From NCBI GenBank assembly GCA_028534125.1, contig CM052818.1, forward strand, positions 36,334,001 to 36,398,000: a stretch of 64,000 nucleotides of DNA, read 5' to 3'. A program made the position numbers and the translations under genes. The notes below the pieces were generated by a model. The model saw only the letters and a program-made list of their open reading frames with translations, did not search any database and was not told the origin of the DNA. This stretch comes from Lama glama (lineage: Eukaryota). The stretch's first letter is position 1, and the number at the start of each line of letters is the position of its first letter. This document shows positions 36,601 through 50,980 of the stretch, piece by piece.

Positions 36601-39142
36601 CTGATCTAGTATGTGAAAATTGTTATGATTGGACTTTGAGAATAGAGAGTAAATAAGACATAGCCCTTATGTTCAGCGCTCTAATTATGCATGTAGTATA
36701 CATATGAGAAATTACTAACAGGATAAATCAGTTCAAGGTAGGGGCCAGATGACACGGAACTCAGATAAGAGTTCTAATCCTTTACTCACTGAATGTTTTG
36801 AGTGGATCTCTTTGATGTTCTTTAAGGATAGATTGTCATGTTGACTGCTGTGTCCTGAGTGCATGCAACAGTGCCTTCCAGACATAGTGCTAAATAGTTT
36901 TTTGAGTGAATGAGTGGAAAGTACCCTCATTTGAAATTATTTTCATATTAGCAATCTTCACTTTCACTGTGTTTACTTTTTGCAGTTTGCCCTTCAGCCC
37001 ATTTGATGATAGCCTAATAAGGAGAGGAGTAAACTGAGGTTAATTAGCATCTCATGCCAAATGTTTAATGCTGTCTCATTTAATCCTTGCAACAACCTTA
37101 TAAGGCAGGTGATAGTAACCCCTCCCCCCATTTTACAGCGGAGTAAATTGAATTGCTAAGGAGGTTAAATAGCCTATAGAAGGTCAAATAGGCAATAGGC
37201 AGTAGGGTAATACTTAAATCTGGTTCTGTCTTCTCCACTTGTATGTCTTGTCTCATCTGTATTTATCGCTACTCTTTGATGCTATTCAATCAATTTTCAT
37301 AGACATCTGAGAAAGTGAAGAAGGCCGCTGTTGTACAGCCAGGAAATACTGTACAATGTGTGTATAGAAAGATTTTTACTAGCCTGTCTGGTGTTGTGTT
37401 TTCTAGTATTGTATTGGAACTGGAAGTATGAACAGTAGCCTACAGGGATATGAAATATAGGACAGCAATTTTCAGTAATTGCTGCCTGATTTCAGAGGGT
37501 GGGTGTTGGAAGAGGAAAAGACATATCATGTAGAGGTCTTTTTTTTTTTTCTTTCAATATTTTTGTTTCCCAATATTTTAAAGATGGTTTAGGGAAAAAA
37601 AATCTCTATAAAGAGACCAAATCTGAGGCCTGTGATCTCCATTAGATGTGTACTTGTGCTGCCATCTTTCCCTCTGCTTGGTGGTATTCATTTATCATTG
37701 TATATCTCTGAGGGAGATAAGTGTTCTTTCTCCATTTGAAAAAAATGTTTCACGTTTTAAACCTCTTGAAAAGACATTATATGGCATATTTATATATGAA
37801 GATACATATTGTTGACTGAAACATGTTTAGTGTTACTAGTTTGTGCCAGATAGGAACTTGGAGATAATTGAGCCTGACTTTTGGTAGTGAGGCTTGCTGA
37901 TTCCTTTGTTCTTTCATTCAACCAGTAAATGTTTATCAACCCACTACTAGGTTAAAATGTTAAGTGCCATGTGGGCAAACATTTTTGTCTCTTTGTTTCA
38001 TTGTTACTGGGCAACTGTGTTGCAAAAGTCAAGGAGGCACCATTCTCAGTATAGTCTATGTGACTGGCTCCCCTTGGAGTTGTACAGTGCACTCCTTGTA
38101 TGTTATATGCTGCAATTAAATACCCATGAGTAGAATAGAGTATACATGTACTTAAATATTATCTCCAGATTCGCTGTTCTAGTCTCCATTTCTAGTAGTG
38201 TATAGGGGTTCCTGTGTCCCCACACCCCTGCCAATATTTTGGTAATATCTAGCCTTTTAATTGCTTTTCTTTGATTATTATTCATAATGAGCAATTCTTT
38301 ATTTCCATAGTAAATTTTTTTATTTCTTCATCTTTAAAATGCTTGTTAATATTTTAAAATTTTCTACTGGAGTTGCTATTTCTTTTTCCCAAGAATATTA
38401 TAGATCAGTGGCTTTTAACCTTTTTGTCCCATAGTAAGGGAAACTTTTTATGTTGTGAAGCTGTACACACGTATAGTTTTACTTTTCCTGTTTAGGTCTT
38501 TGATTGTTTATTCATTTTACTAGACAGTCTATCCTTTGTAGTACCAATTTATAATACACCAAGTTCCCATATATATTCTGCTTTGATCTCTGTATTCTTT
38601 TTTTTGTTGGTCTGTTTATTCTTATGGCAGTACCATACTGTTTCTGTGGTTGTGGTTTCAAGGTATGTCTTAATATCCTGAATGGCAAGTTCTTCCTCTT
38701 TGTTATTTTTCAAAGTTGACTGTAATATTCAAGGATTTTTATTTTTATATTTATTTCCAGTTCAGATTATAGAGTTCTCAAAAGATCCAACTAGAATTTT
38801 GATTGGGAATATTTTTGAATTCCTAGATTAATTTGCAGAGAACTGATACTTTCATAATAAGTTATCCAAGATCAAGGAACATCTATCACATAACATAGTT
38901 TGCGTATTTCTCTTGTGGAATTTGATGCTTTTTTTTTTTTTTTTTTTTTTTACTTAATGAATTGTCAGTTTTGATAAATGTTCTTTGTGTGCTTGAGAAA
39001 AATGTGTATTTTCTATTAGAAGTAGAAAAATATAAATATACATACATGATGGAAAACATTAAGATATGGAAAATATAAAGTGAATTTATTGATTGTTCAG
39101 ATACTCAAATAACATGTGTTGTTCTGTATTAAGATTCAACCT

Positions 39143-39242
39143 GGGGGGAGGGAAATAGCTCAGTGGTAATGAGCATGCCTAACATGCACAGGCATGCACA
39201 GGGTCCTGGGTTCAATCCCCAGTACCTCAAAAAAAAAAAAAA
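39143..39242 (+). mobile_element. Camelid SINE (short form) with an internal 10-bp tandem duplication
   Basis: tRNA-Ala head followed directly by an A tail; catgcacagg twice at 39183-39202; TSD attcaacct at 39134-39142 and 39243-39251. Confidence 0.88.
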
Positions 39243-39836
39243 ATTCAACCTAATTTTTTTATGTTCAAATTCTATTGGTATATGTATACTTTTTAAAAAA
39301 TAAATTTATTTTAGAATAGTTTCTAATTTTCTTCTTGCTTTATTCATTGATCCGTTGGTTCAAAGAAAAGGTAAGAAGTGTATTGCTTACTTTTCAGAAT
39401 TGTTGTACATTTATTTTCAAATTATCTTTTTGCTCTTTACTTCCAGTTTAATACTCTTGTACTCAGAGAACATATTCCATATGATTTTGATATTTTGAAA
39501 TTTGTTTTGGTTTATTTTTGTCACACTGTTTATGGTTAGTGATTGTTCCATGTACAGTTGAAAAGCATGTGGATTCTGCAGTAGGGAGTGCAGTGTTATA
39601 GATATGTCTACTGGGTCATATATGTGCATCTTCTGCTGATTTTACTTCATTTATTTTTAAGTTGCATTATCTTTTTTTTCTGCTGATTTTAAAGTTAAAT
39701 ATTTTCCTTTTTGTGTGTGTGTCTGTGATTGCCCTTAAGATCTAGATGTACTTATTAACTTATTTTTCCTTAAATTATATTCCCTCTAACCACATGGCCT
39801 TGAACATGCTCTTGTAGTGTCCTACCTCTCTTTCTA

Positions 39837-42085
39837 TTTTGAATTTATTTTTGTGTATGGCATAAGGGAGTGTTCTAGCTTCAGTGATTTACATGCTGCT
39901 ATCCAGTTTTCCCAACACCATTAGCTGAAGATATTCCATTGTATATTCCTGCCTCCTTTGTCGAAGATTAGTTGACCAAAAGTTTATGGGTTCATTTCTG
40001 GGCTCTCCATTCTGTTCCATTGGTCCATATGTCTGATTTTGTACCAATACCATGCTGTTTTTCTTTTTAATTAAAAAAAATTTATTTATTTATTTTTAAA
40101 CATTTTTTATTGAGTTATAATCATTTTATAATGTTGTGTCAAATTCCAGTGTAGAGCACAATTTTTCAGTTATACATGAACATATATATATTCATTGTCA
40201 CATTTTTTTTTTGTTGTGAGCTACCACAATATCTTGTATATATTTGCCTGTGCTATACAGTATAATCTTGTTTATCTATTATGCATTTTGAAATCCCAGT
40301 CTGTTCCTTCCCACCCCCCACCCCCTTGGCAACCACAAGTTTGTAGTCCATGTCTATGAGTCTGCTTCTGTTTTGTATTTATGTTCTTCTTTTTTTTAGA
40401 TTCCACGTATGAGCGATCTCATATGGTATTTTTCTTTCTCTTTTTGGCTTACTTCATTTAGAATGACATTCTCCAGGAACATCCATGTTGCTGCAAATGG
40501 CGTTATGTTGTTGGTTTTTATGGCTGAACTATTTTTATGAATAGTATTTCATTGTATAAATATACCACATCTTCTTTATCCAGTCATCTATTGATGGACA
40601 CTTAGGCCGATTTCATGTCTTGGCTATTGTAAATAGTGCTGCTATGAACATTGGGGTGCAGGTGTCATTCTGAAGTAGGGTTCCTTCTCCCTAAAGTAGG
40701 TCTCTTGTATGCGGCATATTGAAGGTTCTTGCTTTATTATCCAGTCTGCCACTTTACATCTTTTGACTGGAGCATTTAGTCCATTAACATTTACAGTAAT
40801 TAATGATTGATGTGCATTTATTGCCATTTTGAACTTATTTTTGCAGTTGATTTGGTATTTCCTCATTGTTCCTTTCTTCTTCCTTTTGTGGTTTGGTAAT
40901 TTTTCTTTGTATTATCTTGGATTTTATTTAGTTTTTGTGACTCATTTGTAAGATTTTGGCTTGTGGTTACCCTACCATGCTGTTTTGATTACTGTAGCTC
41001 TATATTACAGTCTGAAGTCTGGGAGAGTTATTCCTCCAGCCTCTTTCTTTTTCTTCAGTAATGCTTTGGCAATTCTAGGTCTTTTGTGGTTCCATATAAA
41101 TTTTATTATGATTTGTTCTAGTTATGTGAAATATGTCCTGGGTAATTTGACAGGGATTGCATTAAATCTGTAGATTGCCTTGGGCAGTGTGAACATTTTA
41201 ACAATATTGATTCTTCCAATCCAGGAGCATGGGATATCTTTCCATTTTTTAAGTCTTCTTTAATTTCCTTAATTAGTGTTCTGTAGTTTTCCATGTATAA
41301 GTCTTTCACCTCCTTGGTTAGATTTATTCCTAGATATTTTATTACTTTGGGTGCTATTTTAAAGGGGATTGTTTCTTTACTTTCTTTTTCTGTTGATTCA
41401 TTGTTAGTGTTAAGAAATGTAACTGATTTTTGACTGTTAGTCTTGTAACCTGCTACCTTGCCAAATTCTTCGATTAGTTCTAGTAGTTTTAGTGTGGACT
41501 TTTTAGTGTTTTCTATATACAGTATCATGTCGTCTGCATATAGTAACACTTTTACCTCTTCTTTTCCAATTTGGATCCCTTTTATTTCTCTCTCTTGCCT
41601 GATGGCTGTGGCTAGGACTTCCAAGACTATGTTGAATAGGAATGGTGATAGTGGGCAGCCTTGTCTTGTCCCAGATTTTAGTGGGAAGCTTTTGAGTTTT
41701 TCACCATTGAGTACTATGCTGGCTGTAGGTTTGTCATATATAGCTTTTATTATGTTGAAATATGTTCCCTCTATATCCACTTTGGTGAGAGTTTTTACCA
41801 TAAATGGGTGTTGAATTTTATCAGTGGCTTTTTCTGCATCTTTTGAGATGATGTGGTTTTTGTCCTTTCTCTCGTTGATGTGATGTATTACATTGATTGA
41901 TTTGCATATGTTCAACCCCCCTTGTGTCCCTGGAATGAACCCCACTTGATCATGATATATAATCTTTTTTATGTGCTGTTGGATTCTGTTTGCTAATATT
42001 TTGGTAAGGATTTTTGCATCTATGTTCATCAGTGATACTGGTCTGTAATTCTCTTTTTTGATGGTGTCTTTGCCTGGTTTTGGTA
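39837..42085 (-). mobile_element. Young L1 ORF2 fragment (RT region), 5'- and 3'-truncated, interrupted by a nested L1
   Basis: ORF 41118-42029 has RT motifs ([26 protein letters not shown]). Perfect 17-bp TSD tcctacctctctttcta at 39820-39836 and 42086-42102. Confidence 0.92.
40062..40972 (-). mobile_element. Nested L1 insertion with 3' UTR and tail, ORF2 internally deleted
   Basis: T-rich tail from 40062, 3' UTR, then the ORF2 C-terminus joined near 40688 to the endonuclease N-terminus (SLITVNVNGLNAPVKR...IQETYF). Perfect 14-bp TSD taccatgctgtttt at 40048-40061 and 40973-40986. Confidence 0.88.
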
Positions 42086-45000
42086 TCCTACCTCTCTTTC
42101 TACTCTATATTCTCTAGAATTTTAGTTTTGAAGTTTTACGGGTATAAGTACTTTGTCTTTTTCTTTTCTTTGGACTATTTTTTTCAGTAACAGTAAGTTT
42201 CACTAAGGTACCGTATTTGATTTTCTACTTTTTATATCTTGCATTATTATACTGTACTTATTTCTCTTCTTTGTGAGTGCTTCCTTTAGGAATATTTTAG
42301 TCTGGGACTTTTGTGACAAACTGTCTGAGGCATTACATGCCTGAGACTATTTTCATTATACTCTTTCCTTCAAATGGAAACTTGGCTGGATACAAAATTC
42401 TAGGTCCAGTACTTCAAGAATATTACTTTATTGTCATCTTGCATCCTCTTGAAGTTTAATACTTGTCTGATTCTTTTGTTGTATGTGTTTTGCTCTTTCT
42501 CTTTTGAAACTTCATATGATTTTTTGATCTTTTGTCATAAATTGTGCTATATTTTAGGCATAGGTTTTTCCTTTACTCTCTTGTTTGGTGGTCTTATGTC
42601 TTTTAGTCTGTGGTTTTTCATCCATTTTGATTGTGGTAAGTTTATCATTATTTCTTAATGGAAATCTAAAATTACTATTTTTTCAAATATTACTTGTCTC
42701 TTTCATTCCTTCAGGAAGTCATATTATTCAGATATTGGCACCTAGAAAAATTTTGTCTGTAAACTAATAATAAAGCAGACTTTTTAAAAGCACTTTTGAT
42801 AGCATGCTGGAGAAATTTACTGTCAGTTACTTGAGTAAACAAGACTTTTAAAAAACAAAACGAAGCCCCACCTCAGAGCTGTACCTTCTTAATCAGTGAC
42901 ACATTATAAGAATTCTAAATGTGTGTATAGAAACAGGAGAAAATTATTTGAGAGATATGCACAAAGAAGAGAAAAACTGATGGGGAGTGGTTTCTATGTT
43001 AAAAATTTGAAAATGTTTAAAAATTTTCATTTTTTAGCTTTTGCTTTTCTACTTAAGTCTCCAAGTTTATTAGATGGGAGAATTAAGGAGAAGTGATAGT
43101 TGCCCAAGGCCATGTGATTATTAGAAACAACAGTTCAACTGGAAATGGAAGTTTCTTTAATTCTTTAATATCTTTAATTGAGTGACTCTATGTGCTAGAT
43201 ACTGAAGATAAAGGAATACACAAGACTTTTGACCTCAGCTCTTTGGAAAATATTTTTAGTAAAAAATTATGAAATTAGTATTTCAAACAATATGGAGGTA
43301 CACAGAAAAAAATAAAGGACTTCCCCTGCTCCCCTAATTCCTATAGGGCATTCTTCCTAGGGATAACCACAGTTAAAGCTGGTGTACATCTTTCCAGACC
43401 ATTACACATGTATGTGTGGGTTATTTATATGTGTATATTTTTAACAGAAATGGAATCATATCTTATTTACTACTTATGATAATTTTTCTGCTAAACTGTG
43501 TATCATGTACATTCTTTCACATCTGTCCTTGCTGACTTTCTATTTTGTTTTATCATTATACAATCACTCTTTAACTGTTCCCTATTGGTACACAGTTAGG
43601 TTGTCTCCATGTTTTTAATATTATAAATAATGTTGCTTAAAATGACCTTTCTCTTTTAGGTGAAGTGGAAGTACTGGGTCAAAGGTATAACGTATTTTAA
43701 ATTTTTTTAGGTTTTGTCAAATTATTCTAAAATAGGCTAAATCAGTATACATCCCATTCTCCAATACTCTAAGCACTGTTAATTTTCTGTACTGCCTGGC
43801 TTTTACTGGCTGATTTAAGGAGTTAGGCTTTAAGTTTTTTGAAGGGCAGAGATTGTTTTATCCTCTAACACAATAATAGGTGTTAGTAAATTTTGTTGTG
43901 GAAGAAATGAATCACTGAAGATAATGAATATGTTTATGAAGTTGTATTAATCCTACAAAGTCAAACAAGTATCCTTATGTTAAACTGTATCCACTGTCAG
44001 ACTGTAAGTGTAATATTTGTTACTTACACTTCCTCACCTGGTTCTAACAATATTATGAGGTAAATAGTCCTTGAGTCACAGTGGTGGTGCTGCACTCACT
44101 GTAAGAGTGGTTCGGTCTAACTTAAAATCTGTGGCATTTTTCAGTATCCCCATTGTCTCCTTTTTATTTTAAGTAATGTAATATTTTCAGATGAAAAGTT
44201 ATCTTTATCTTCCAGGAAGAAAAAATGCATTTTAAACTGTAATAGACTATTTATCTTTTACAACTCCTCTGTTCACTTTTGTATTTTTTCCCCCTTTTTA
44301 TATTCTTTCATGATGATTGTTTAGAGACACTAAACTAGTAAGCTAGTACTCTTGGGACATTTTAGGACATTTTGTGTGCCTGAAGTTTTATGACTTTGTA
44401 GAATAGTATTGGCTCTAAGAAAATACATAGCAGTGTGAGTTTTGTTTTCTGAAGTCATGGTAACTGCTGCCCTTGTGGATTCTTGTTACAAATGAGAGAA
44501 AAAGAAATTGATGCACTTGTAAGCTTTCTCATGAAAACAAGAATACTTATTTAACAAAAAAAAGTAGAAAAAAAAAGACTGTCTTATAAAGGAAGTTGGA
44601 AAAAAGATTGATTGCACCCATATACTTTCTGATGTAGCCTGGGGAAATGAGGTTCCTATTCTGTTTTTCCATGTCTCTTTGAGGATCTTTTTCTTATCAG
44701 TTTTCTTGCTCTTTAAAACTTTATTTTATTTTATTCTCTTCTATGGTTCCTTTTTTTCTGTTTACCAGAAACCACATCATCTTTTAAAAAAAGAAAGTCC
44801 TTCCCTGACTTCTTTGACTTTGCAACCTCTTTAAAATATTCTCTACTTTCTGTCTTAATTCTGACATTTAAGAGTAGCTCTGTAGTTATCACTGGTACAT
44901 TCTCACCACTCATTCAGTTCTTCACTTAGAGATTTCCACCTCAGCATTTGTAGAAATTGTCCTCTCAGAAGTTATAATGACCTCCTAATTAGTCATCCAC

Positions 45001-48000
45001 AGGTTTATCAACTTTCATCTTATTTAGTCTTTTTGGAACCAACTTCCACTCCCCATGTTTGAGTGAGACATTGTATTTTTCTCTAGTTTATATGAGATTA
45101 TTTCTGCTCATCCCTTTGATGTAGGGTTTTTTTTTTTTAATTTTTGACTTCTACCCTTGTGTTTTTTCGTTCTGTATATTACTTATGACCCTTTTATTGC
45201 TGCTTCATATCTAGCTCTAGTCCTCACATCACTCATCTCAGAGCTGCATTTCCCACAGCCTGATGGACATCTTCTTAGATTTCTGGATAGAATTCTAAAC
45301 TTCACTTCTAAACGTAAGTTCTTTTACCTAATTTTACGAGATTTATGGTAGAACAGTGTTCAATATTTGTGATGCGTGTGGCTTAAGAGACTCTAAGACT
45401 GGAAGAGAAAATCATTTTTGCAAATTGGAAAAATTATCTACCTATTTTAGAATGTTAGAGTTTAGAGAAAAAGTCAAGTGGGGATGACTTAACTTTTCAT
45501 TGTACTTTTACTTTCTGTAGCATGTAACACTATTACTATTATACTTCTCTTTGAAGTTCCTTGAATTATGTTCCTCTGAGCATTCTAGGTGTTCTATTTT
45601 ATGATGTTGTTACAAAATAAAGTCCACATCATTTATGATGTCTTCTTTCGTCTCTACTAGCAATTATCTTTTTTTTTTTTTTTTGCTTTCTGAGAATTGT
45701 GTATTTCTATTATAGTATTTATTATAGTATGCTATATGTCATTATGGTGACTGTCAGTTCTACTGATTGTGTATTGAGTTTAACTAGGTCTTAATCTTTT
45801 TTTACCTGTTGCCCTCCTCGTCCCCCTATGTCTTATGTACATAATAGGCCCTTAACAAATGTTTGGTAAATGAAATTATTCCCTTAGTTTGAGATGCTTT
45901 TCCTGCTGGTGGATTGTAATCACTCTTGACACATATTGCTTAATGACTGTGGGTAGATTGCATAATCTCTCTTAAATATCTTTGTCCTGAAACTGGCAGT
46001 GCATTCCCTCAAAGGGTTAGGTTATAATTAACTAGTAAAATGCTTTGAAGAAGTTAAAGTTGAGCATTTTGATCATTCTATTAAAGGTAAACTTTTTAGT
46101 ATAAGACTGGTAGGTAAAATCTTTCCTAAAGCTTGAATTTAATCAAATGATGTTGAAGTAATTATTTTGTAGTATTTACATCTTGGTTATTTGCTTTACT
46201 TGAATCCCTAGATTTCTTTGGACAGAAGGAGTCTTTTGTAATGTTGTTTATTCTGAGGTCTCTGTCACAGAGCCAAATCAGGATTGAAACCCTTTCATTA
46301 TAAGAGTAGTACAATAGTATAGTGCAGCAGTTAGGATGATGTGCTATACTTAAACTGTATTATATGCCAGAGGGCCTCTGACTTTTGTGTACTAAACATT
46401 TGGAGGCTCTCATGTAAAATATCCCACCTCAAGACATTCTAGTTTAGCAGGTTGTTTCTTTAATGAGAAACACAGGTGATTTCTGACTCGGTATGTGGAC
46501 AACATTTTGAGAAACACTCTTGAATGGAAATCTAAAAAGCCAATAGAATATGAGAGAATGACTAATATATAAACATATAAACTCATTTAAAAATATTCAA
46601 AGAGTTATATAATAACTCACATTATTTAAAAAATGACTAGACTTTAAAATTTTTACAATTTTATCTTTAATTCAGTAAATACACAGCACTTCTTCCCACA
46701 ATGTGTTTGTGAAACTTCAATACCTACAGATGCTCCATGAATAAAGAGCTTAATCAGTAAGTTTGTGAAATGTTATATACTGTCTTTCATACTTAGTAGT
46801 TTATACTGCATGTTAACATAGACTCCTAGAAGTTCTGAAGCAAACAACCTCCGACCTCATTGTTTCTCAAACTTATTTGACCATGAATCTTCCTTTGTTT
46901 CCCCTAATAATTCCAGTTAATAATTTACTGGACACACTTGGGGAAATCTTGCATCCTCCCTTTTTGACTTTGTATTGTGTGGAATTAAAAAGAATTAGGG
47001 TATTTTTTTTAATACTTAAAGACCTTAAAGTCTTGCTAGCATCTCAAGATTTGGATGTGACACTTCAAAGATGGTAAGTAATATACTACTAAATTGAATA
47101 TAATCAAGTGCCAAAATGTAGAGTTGCAGCTAGCAGGGGGAAATTTAGGTTAGATTCTGCAGATAAGATTTTTGAGGGAGAGATGGGTCTTGAAGGGTGT
47201 CTGATGGGATTTGATGAGGAGTAATGCTGGCTTGGAGTATCTGAATTGATAAAGTAGTTTACAAATATCAGTTTCTTTATTCACAGATATGTCTTAGAAC
47301 ACATGACAGTTCTTCCTCAGTGACTGTTATATAATGCTTTTCAAACTCTAATGTGCACAAGAATGATCTGGGGATCTTGTCAAAAATGGTTTCTGCATTT
47401 GGGTTGAACTTTTTGTCATTTTTATTTTGTGGGGATTTTGGTTTTGCCGTTTTTAGAGGGGTGGTTATTTTGAGGGTTTAATATGTCCAGAAGCTGTTGT
47501 GGCTGACACTTGTCATGATCAACAACAACAACGGAAAAGGTTGAAAATATCCCTACTGATGTAACTACTTGTAACAATTCTCTTAGGGCTTTAAAAGATG
47601 AACCATTAAAATAGAATGATGCTTCAGGGACTGAAACTTGAATCACTGCAAAATGAATATAGGTTGCTGTCAAATTCTTTTCTTTTGGGTGGTGGGGCTT
47701 GATGTAGATTTTACTCTATATGCAGAATTTAATGTTGAATTTATTAAAATAACAAATCTGGCATGGTTTGGGGAGGTTAGATTTACTGGAAAGGTATTCA
47801 TACTGTGAATTGTACTCTGATGGTTAAAAAAATGACAAGAGTTGTCAAGCATTCCGTATTAACAATGAATGTAGAATTTTTTTTTTCAGATGGATAAAAT
47901 GTATATGGTACAGATGTAAAGTTTTCTATGTAAAAATTTCTGTGCAACTTTCAGTACAATATTGATTATCATCTGCCATATTTCTAGGTCAATAAAGTTT

Positions 48001-49099
48001 TCGGATTATTTAAAAAAAATGGTGTCTGATTGGCTAAGTCTGAGGTGGAGCACATTTGGAATGACAAATGTAGAGGCTAATCAAGTCTTGGATGAGTAGT
48101 GGAGTAAAATGACCTCTGAGGCACTCTTTACCTTTGGTATTTTGTAAATATTCTAGGGTGGAGTGTCTGAAGTAGTAGAAAGAGAACTGTATTGGGAATT
48201 GAAGGACCTAATTCTGTTTTTATTTTTTTTAACTCAAATTCTGTCAGTCATTTGTTAGCTATATGACTTTGGGTTAGAGTTAGTTAACTCATGTCTGAGC
48301 TTCAGTATTTACTCTGTTAAAGGGTGGGGTTGGAGAAGGCAATGGCCTGGTGAAGTGAAATAATACAATTCTAAAAAGCACCCATTTCTTGACTACATTA
48401 AGCATGTTTACTGTTAAGTACTATTACATGATTGAGTTCCATCTTAAATGGTTTTTCTGTCCTCTACTGGATAGTTTGGAATTAGCTAACCGGCTTTTCT
48501 TGGGAACATAAACAATTAAGTAGTGGTGTATGTTACACAACTTGGATGTTTATTATCCTTTTATTATAGACACTTTGATGTTTGAAATTCTAGTTGTTTT
48601 TCCTTTTGTGCCTTTTATAAAGTACAAACGTGATCTAGTGGCTTTAAATGTAGCTCATGGTAAATTGTATTACAGCATAAAATTAAAACTTGATCTTTTT
48701 TTTGAAAAAATTTTTGGTAAGTTAATTCATTCTATAGGTTATACTTGGATACTTTTAAACATATATTGTGAGTATTTCTTTTGTTTGTTAGTGGCTACAT
48801 TTTGACTGATTATTTGTGTAATGTGTTGCTTTGGGGAAAAATGGTACAGAAATGACATTTATGGAGTGGATAGTTTTTTTGATGGCTTAAAGTTCATTTT
48901 ATTATTAGATTTTGAAATGGATAGTTTTAATATATTTTTATTAAAAGAAATTTGTAGCATAAGAGGAAATAAAACTCAAATATGTTTATGTGGTAGCATA
49001 TTGAAAATGATCATACATGCCTTTGAAATACTGATCTATAACCTCAAGTGGTGAAGTATTAACATATGAATTGAATCTTCTCTAAAGAGAAGGTGACTC

Positions 49100-50630
49100 C
49101 TCCATTCTCTCCCTCACTTGCCCAGTATCTGAGGAATAGGGTGGGGAAGAAGAGAGCTGCTGTGCAAAGACAGTGACTCCTGTAGTTTGAAGACTTGAAG
49201 CTAGGGAGGGAATAGTGAAAGTATGTTGGATAGTGATCTCTAGTTGAGAGATTGTTTATATTAAACTAATTAATTAATTGATGGAGCAAATGAATAAATG
49301 TATTGAAGATAATGGAAGCCCTGTTTCTCACTGGGGAGGGCTTATAAACAGAAAAAGTCCAGAAAGAACCTTAAGGTGTGGAGTTAGAATTAGAACCATT
49401 GGTATAACACATTTGTTTCATTTCTTATGCTTTATTTATCCACAGATAAAGAAATAGGTATAGATGTATGTATTTATAGGTATGTCTATATATTCGATTT
49501 CCAAGCTTTCTTTGCTGAGATGACTCAACAACAGTGAAACACTGGTAATAATGAGCATACCTAGTACCCAGGTCTTGATTTCTGAATACTATCCTTGACC
49601 AAGAGGAAGCAGGGCTCAATTTCTCGGGGAAGGGAGAGAAAGTACAAGATGAACCTAGAGATTTCTTTTGTGCCAGAAAGTAAGGAAGTACTCAGAATGA
49701 TGGGGACATGTCAAAACAATGCAGGAATCACTTTGAGAGGGCTTCTGATGGCCAAATCTTATATTTTTGAGCAACAGAATACAGTAATGGATTATAACTC
49801 ACAGAATAAAATAAGAATTCATAAGTCTGTACTGATATAAACAAATGAGTGAATGAATTGGGTAAGGAGGGTTGGGGAGGGAAAGTTCTTTTAAGTAGAA
49901 TGTCAACTAAAAAATATGGGAGTGATGGGATTAGAAAATCACCATGGTATTGGATAAAGACAAGAGTAGTCAGTGAATGCTATGGCTGGTAGATGGAGGT
50001 TTGATTAGGAACAGAATATTGGTGAATTATCAGAGTGATTCCACATAAATTAATCTAATACAAAGGGAAAAATAATGACTTTACGGTGATGAAACCTGAC
50101 AGACAGCAACTTGACTAAGTGATCAAGGTTATACTTAGTTATGGGTAGGTATATCATGCATAGTATCATGTCTATATAGTCTTTCCACGAATGTTATGGC
50201 CTGAATTGGATTATGAAGAACACCAGATAGACCCAGACAGGTGGTCATCCTAGAGAATGAAAAGCCTATTCTCTTTAGAGTCAAGGGCATGAAGATGGGG
50301 AAAGACTAAAGAACTGTTCCAGACTGAAGGAAACAGAGGAGATCTGATAGGTAAATACAGTATATGTTTCTGGATAGGATCCTGAACCAGAAAGAGAGAC
50401 ATTATTGGAACATCTGATAAAATTTGAATGTGTCTATGGAGTGGCTTTGTGTTATATCAGTGGTGATTTCCTGATTGGAAGAGTTTTATGATGCTAATGT
50501 GGCAGAGTGTCCTCATTTTGGGAGTTATACACTTGAGTATTTAGGAGAAGAATGAGGAATCATATTGTAAAAGGTATATACACATACCTTTTCTGTACGC
50601 TTGAAAACCATCCTAAAATAAAAACAAAGA
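49100..50630 (+). mobile_element. Old L1MC/MD-like 3' region just upstream of ATAD2B exon 2
   Basis: gagcatacctagtacccaggtcttgatttct, gtaatggattataactcacagaataaaataagaat, aagaactgttccagactgaagg. Confidence 0.7.
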
Positions 50631-50828
50631 ACATACTTTTCTAAGTAGAAATTTAATCTTTCTAACTCTTCTGTTTCTGTATTTACAAATTATTACATTT
50701 TGCTACACTTGCAGAGGAATTCATTCAGTAAATATTTATTGGTTGAACGAACACCTACTTTATCTAATTTAAGAATTCTATGTATTTTTATAGGAGTAAG
50801 AAATACATTTTAAACTTTTGTCTTTCAG

Positions 50829-50980
50829 AAAGCTGAAGTTGATGGTAGTTTAAGTGATAGCCACGTGTCTCCTCCAGCCAAACGCACTTTGAAACAACCT
50901 GATTCTCTTTGCAAAGACAAATCAAAATCACGAAGTACTGGTCAGCGAGAGGAATGGAACGTATCAACTGGACAGGCCAG
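50829..50980 (+). CDS. ATAD2B: ATAD2B exon 2 (152 nt)
   Basis: tctttcAG acceptor, donor CAG|GTGAGA. Encodes KAEVDGSLSDSHVSPPAKRTLKQPDSLCKDKSKSRSTGQREEWNVSTGQA(R). Confidence 0.94.

Noticed and set aside
41118..42029. 303-aa reverse transcriptase ORF as an active or domesticated gene, or a retron-like system
   Set aside because: It is an ordinary L1 ORF2 fragment with no promoter, ORF1 or endonuclease, it frameshifts near its end, and it is interrupted by another L1.
47480..47670. Protein-like reading (KVENIPTDVTTCNNSLRALKDEPLK) in ATAD2B intron 1
   Set aside because: It is interrupted by stops, lacks good splice sites, and exons 1 and 2 already join in frame.
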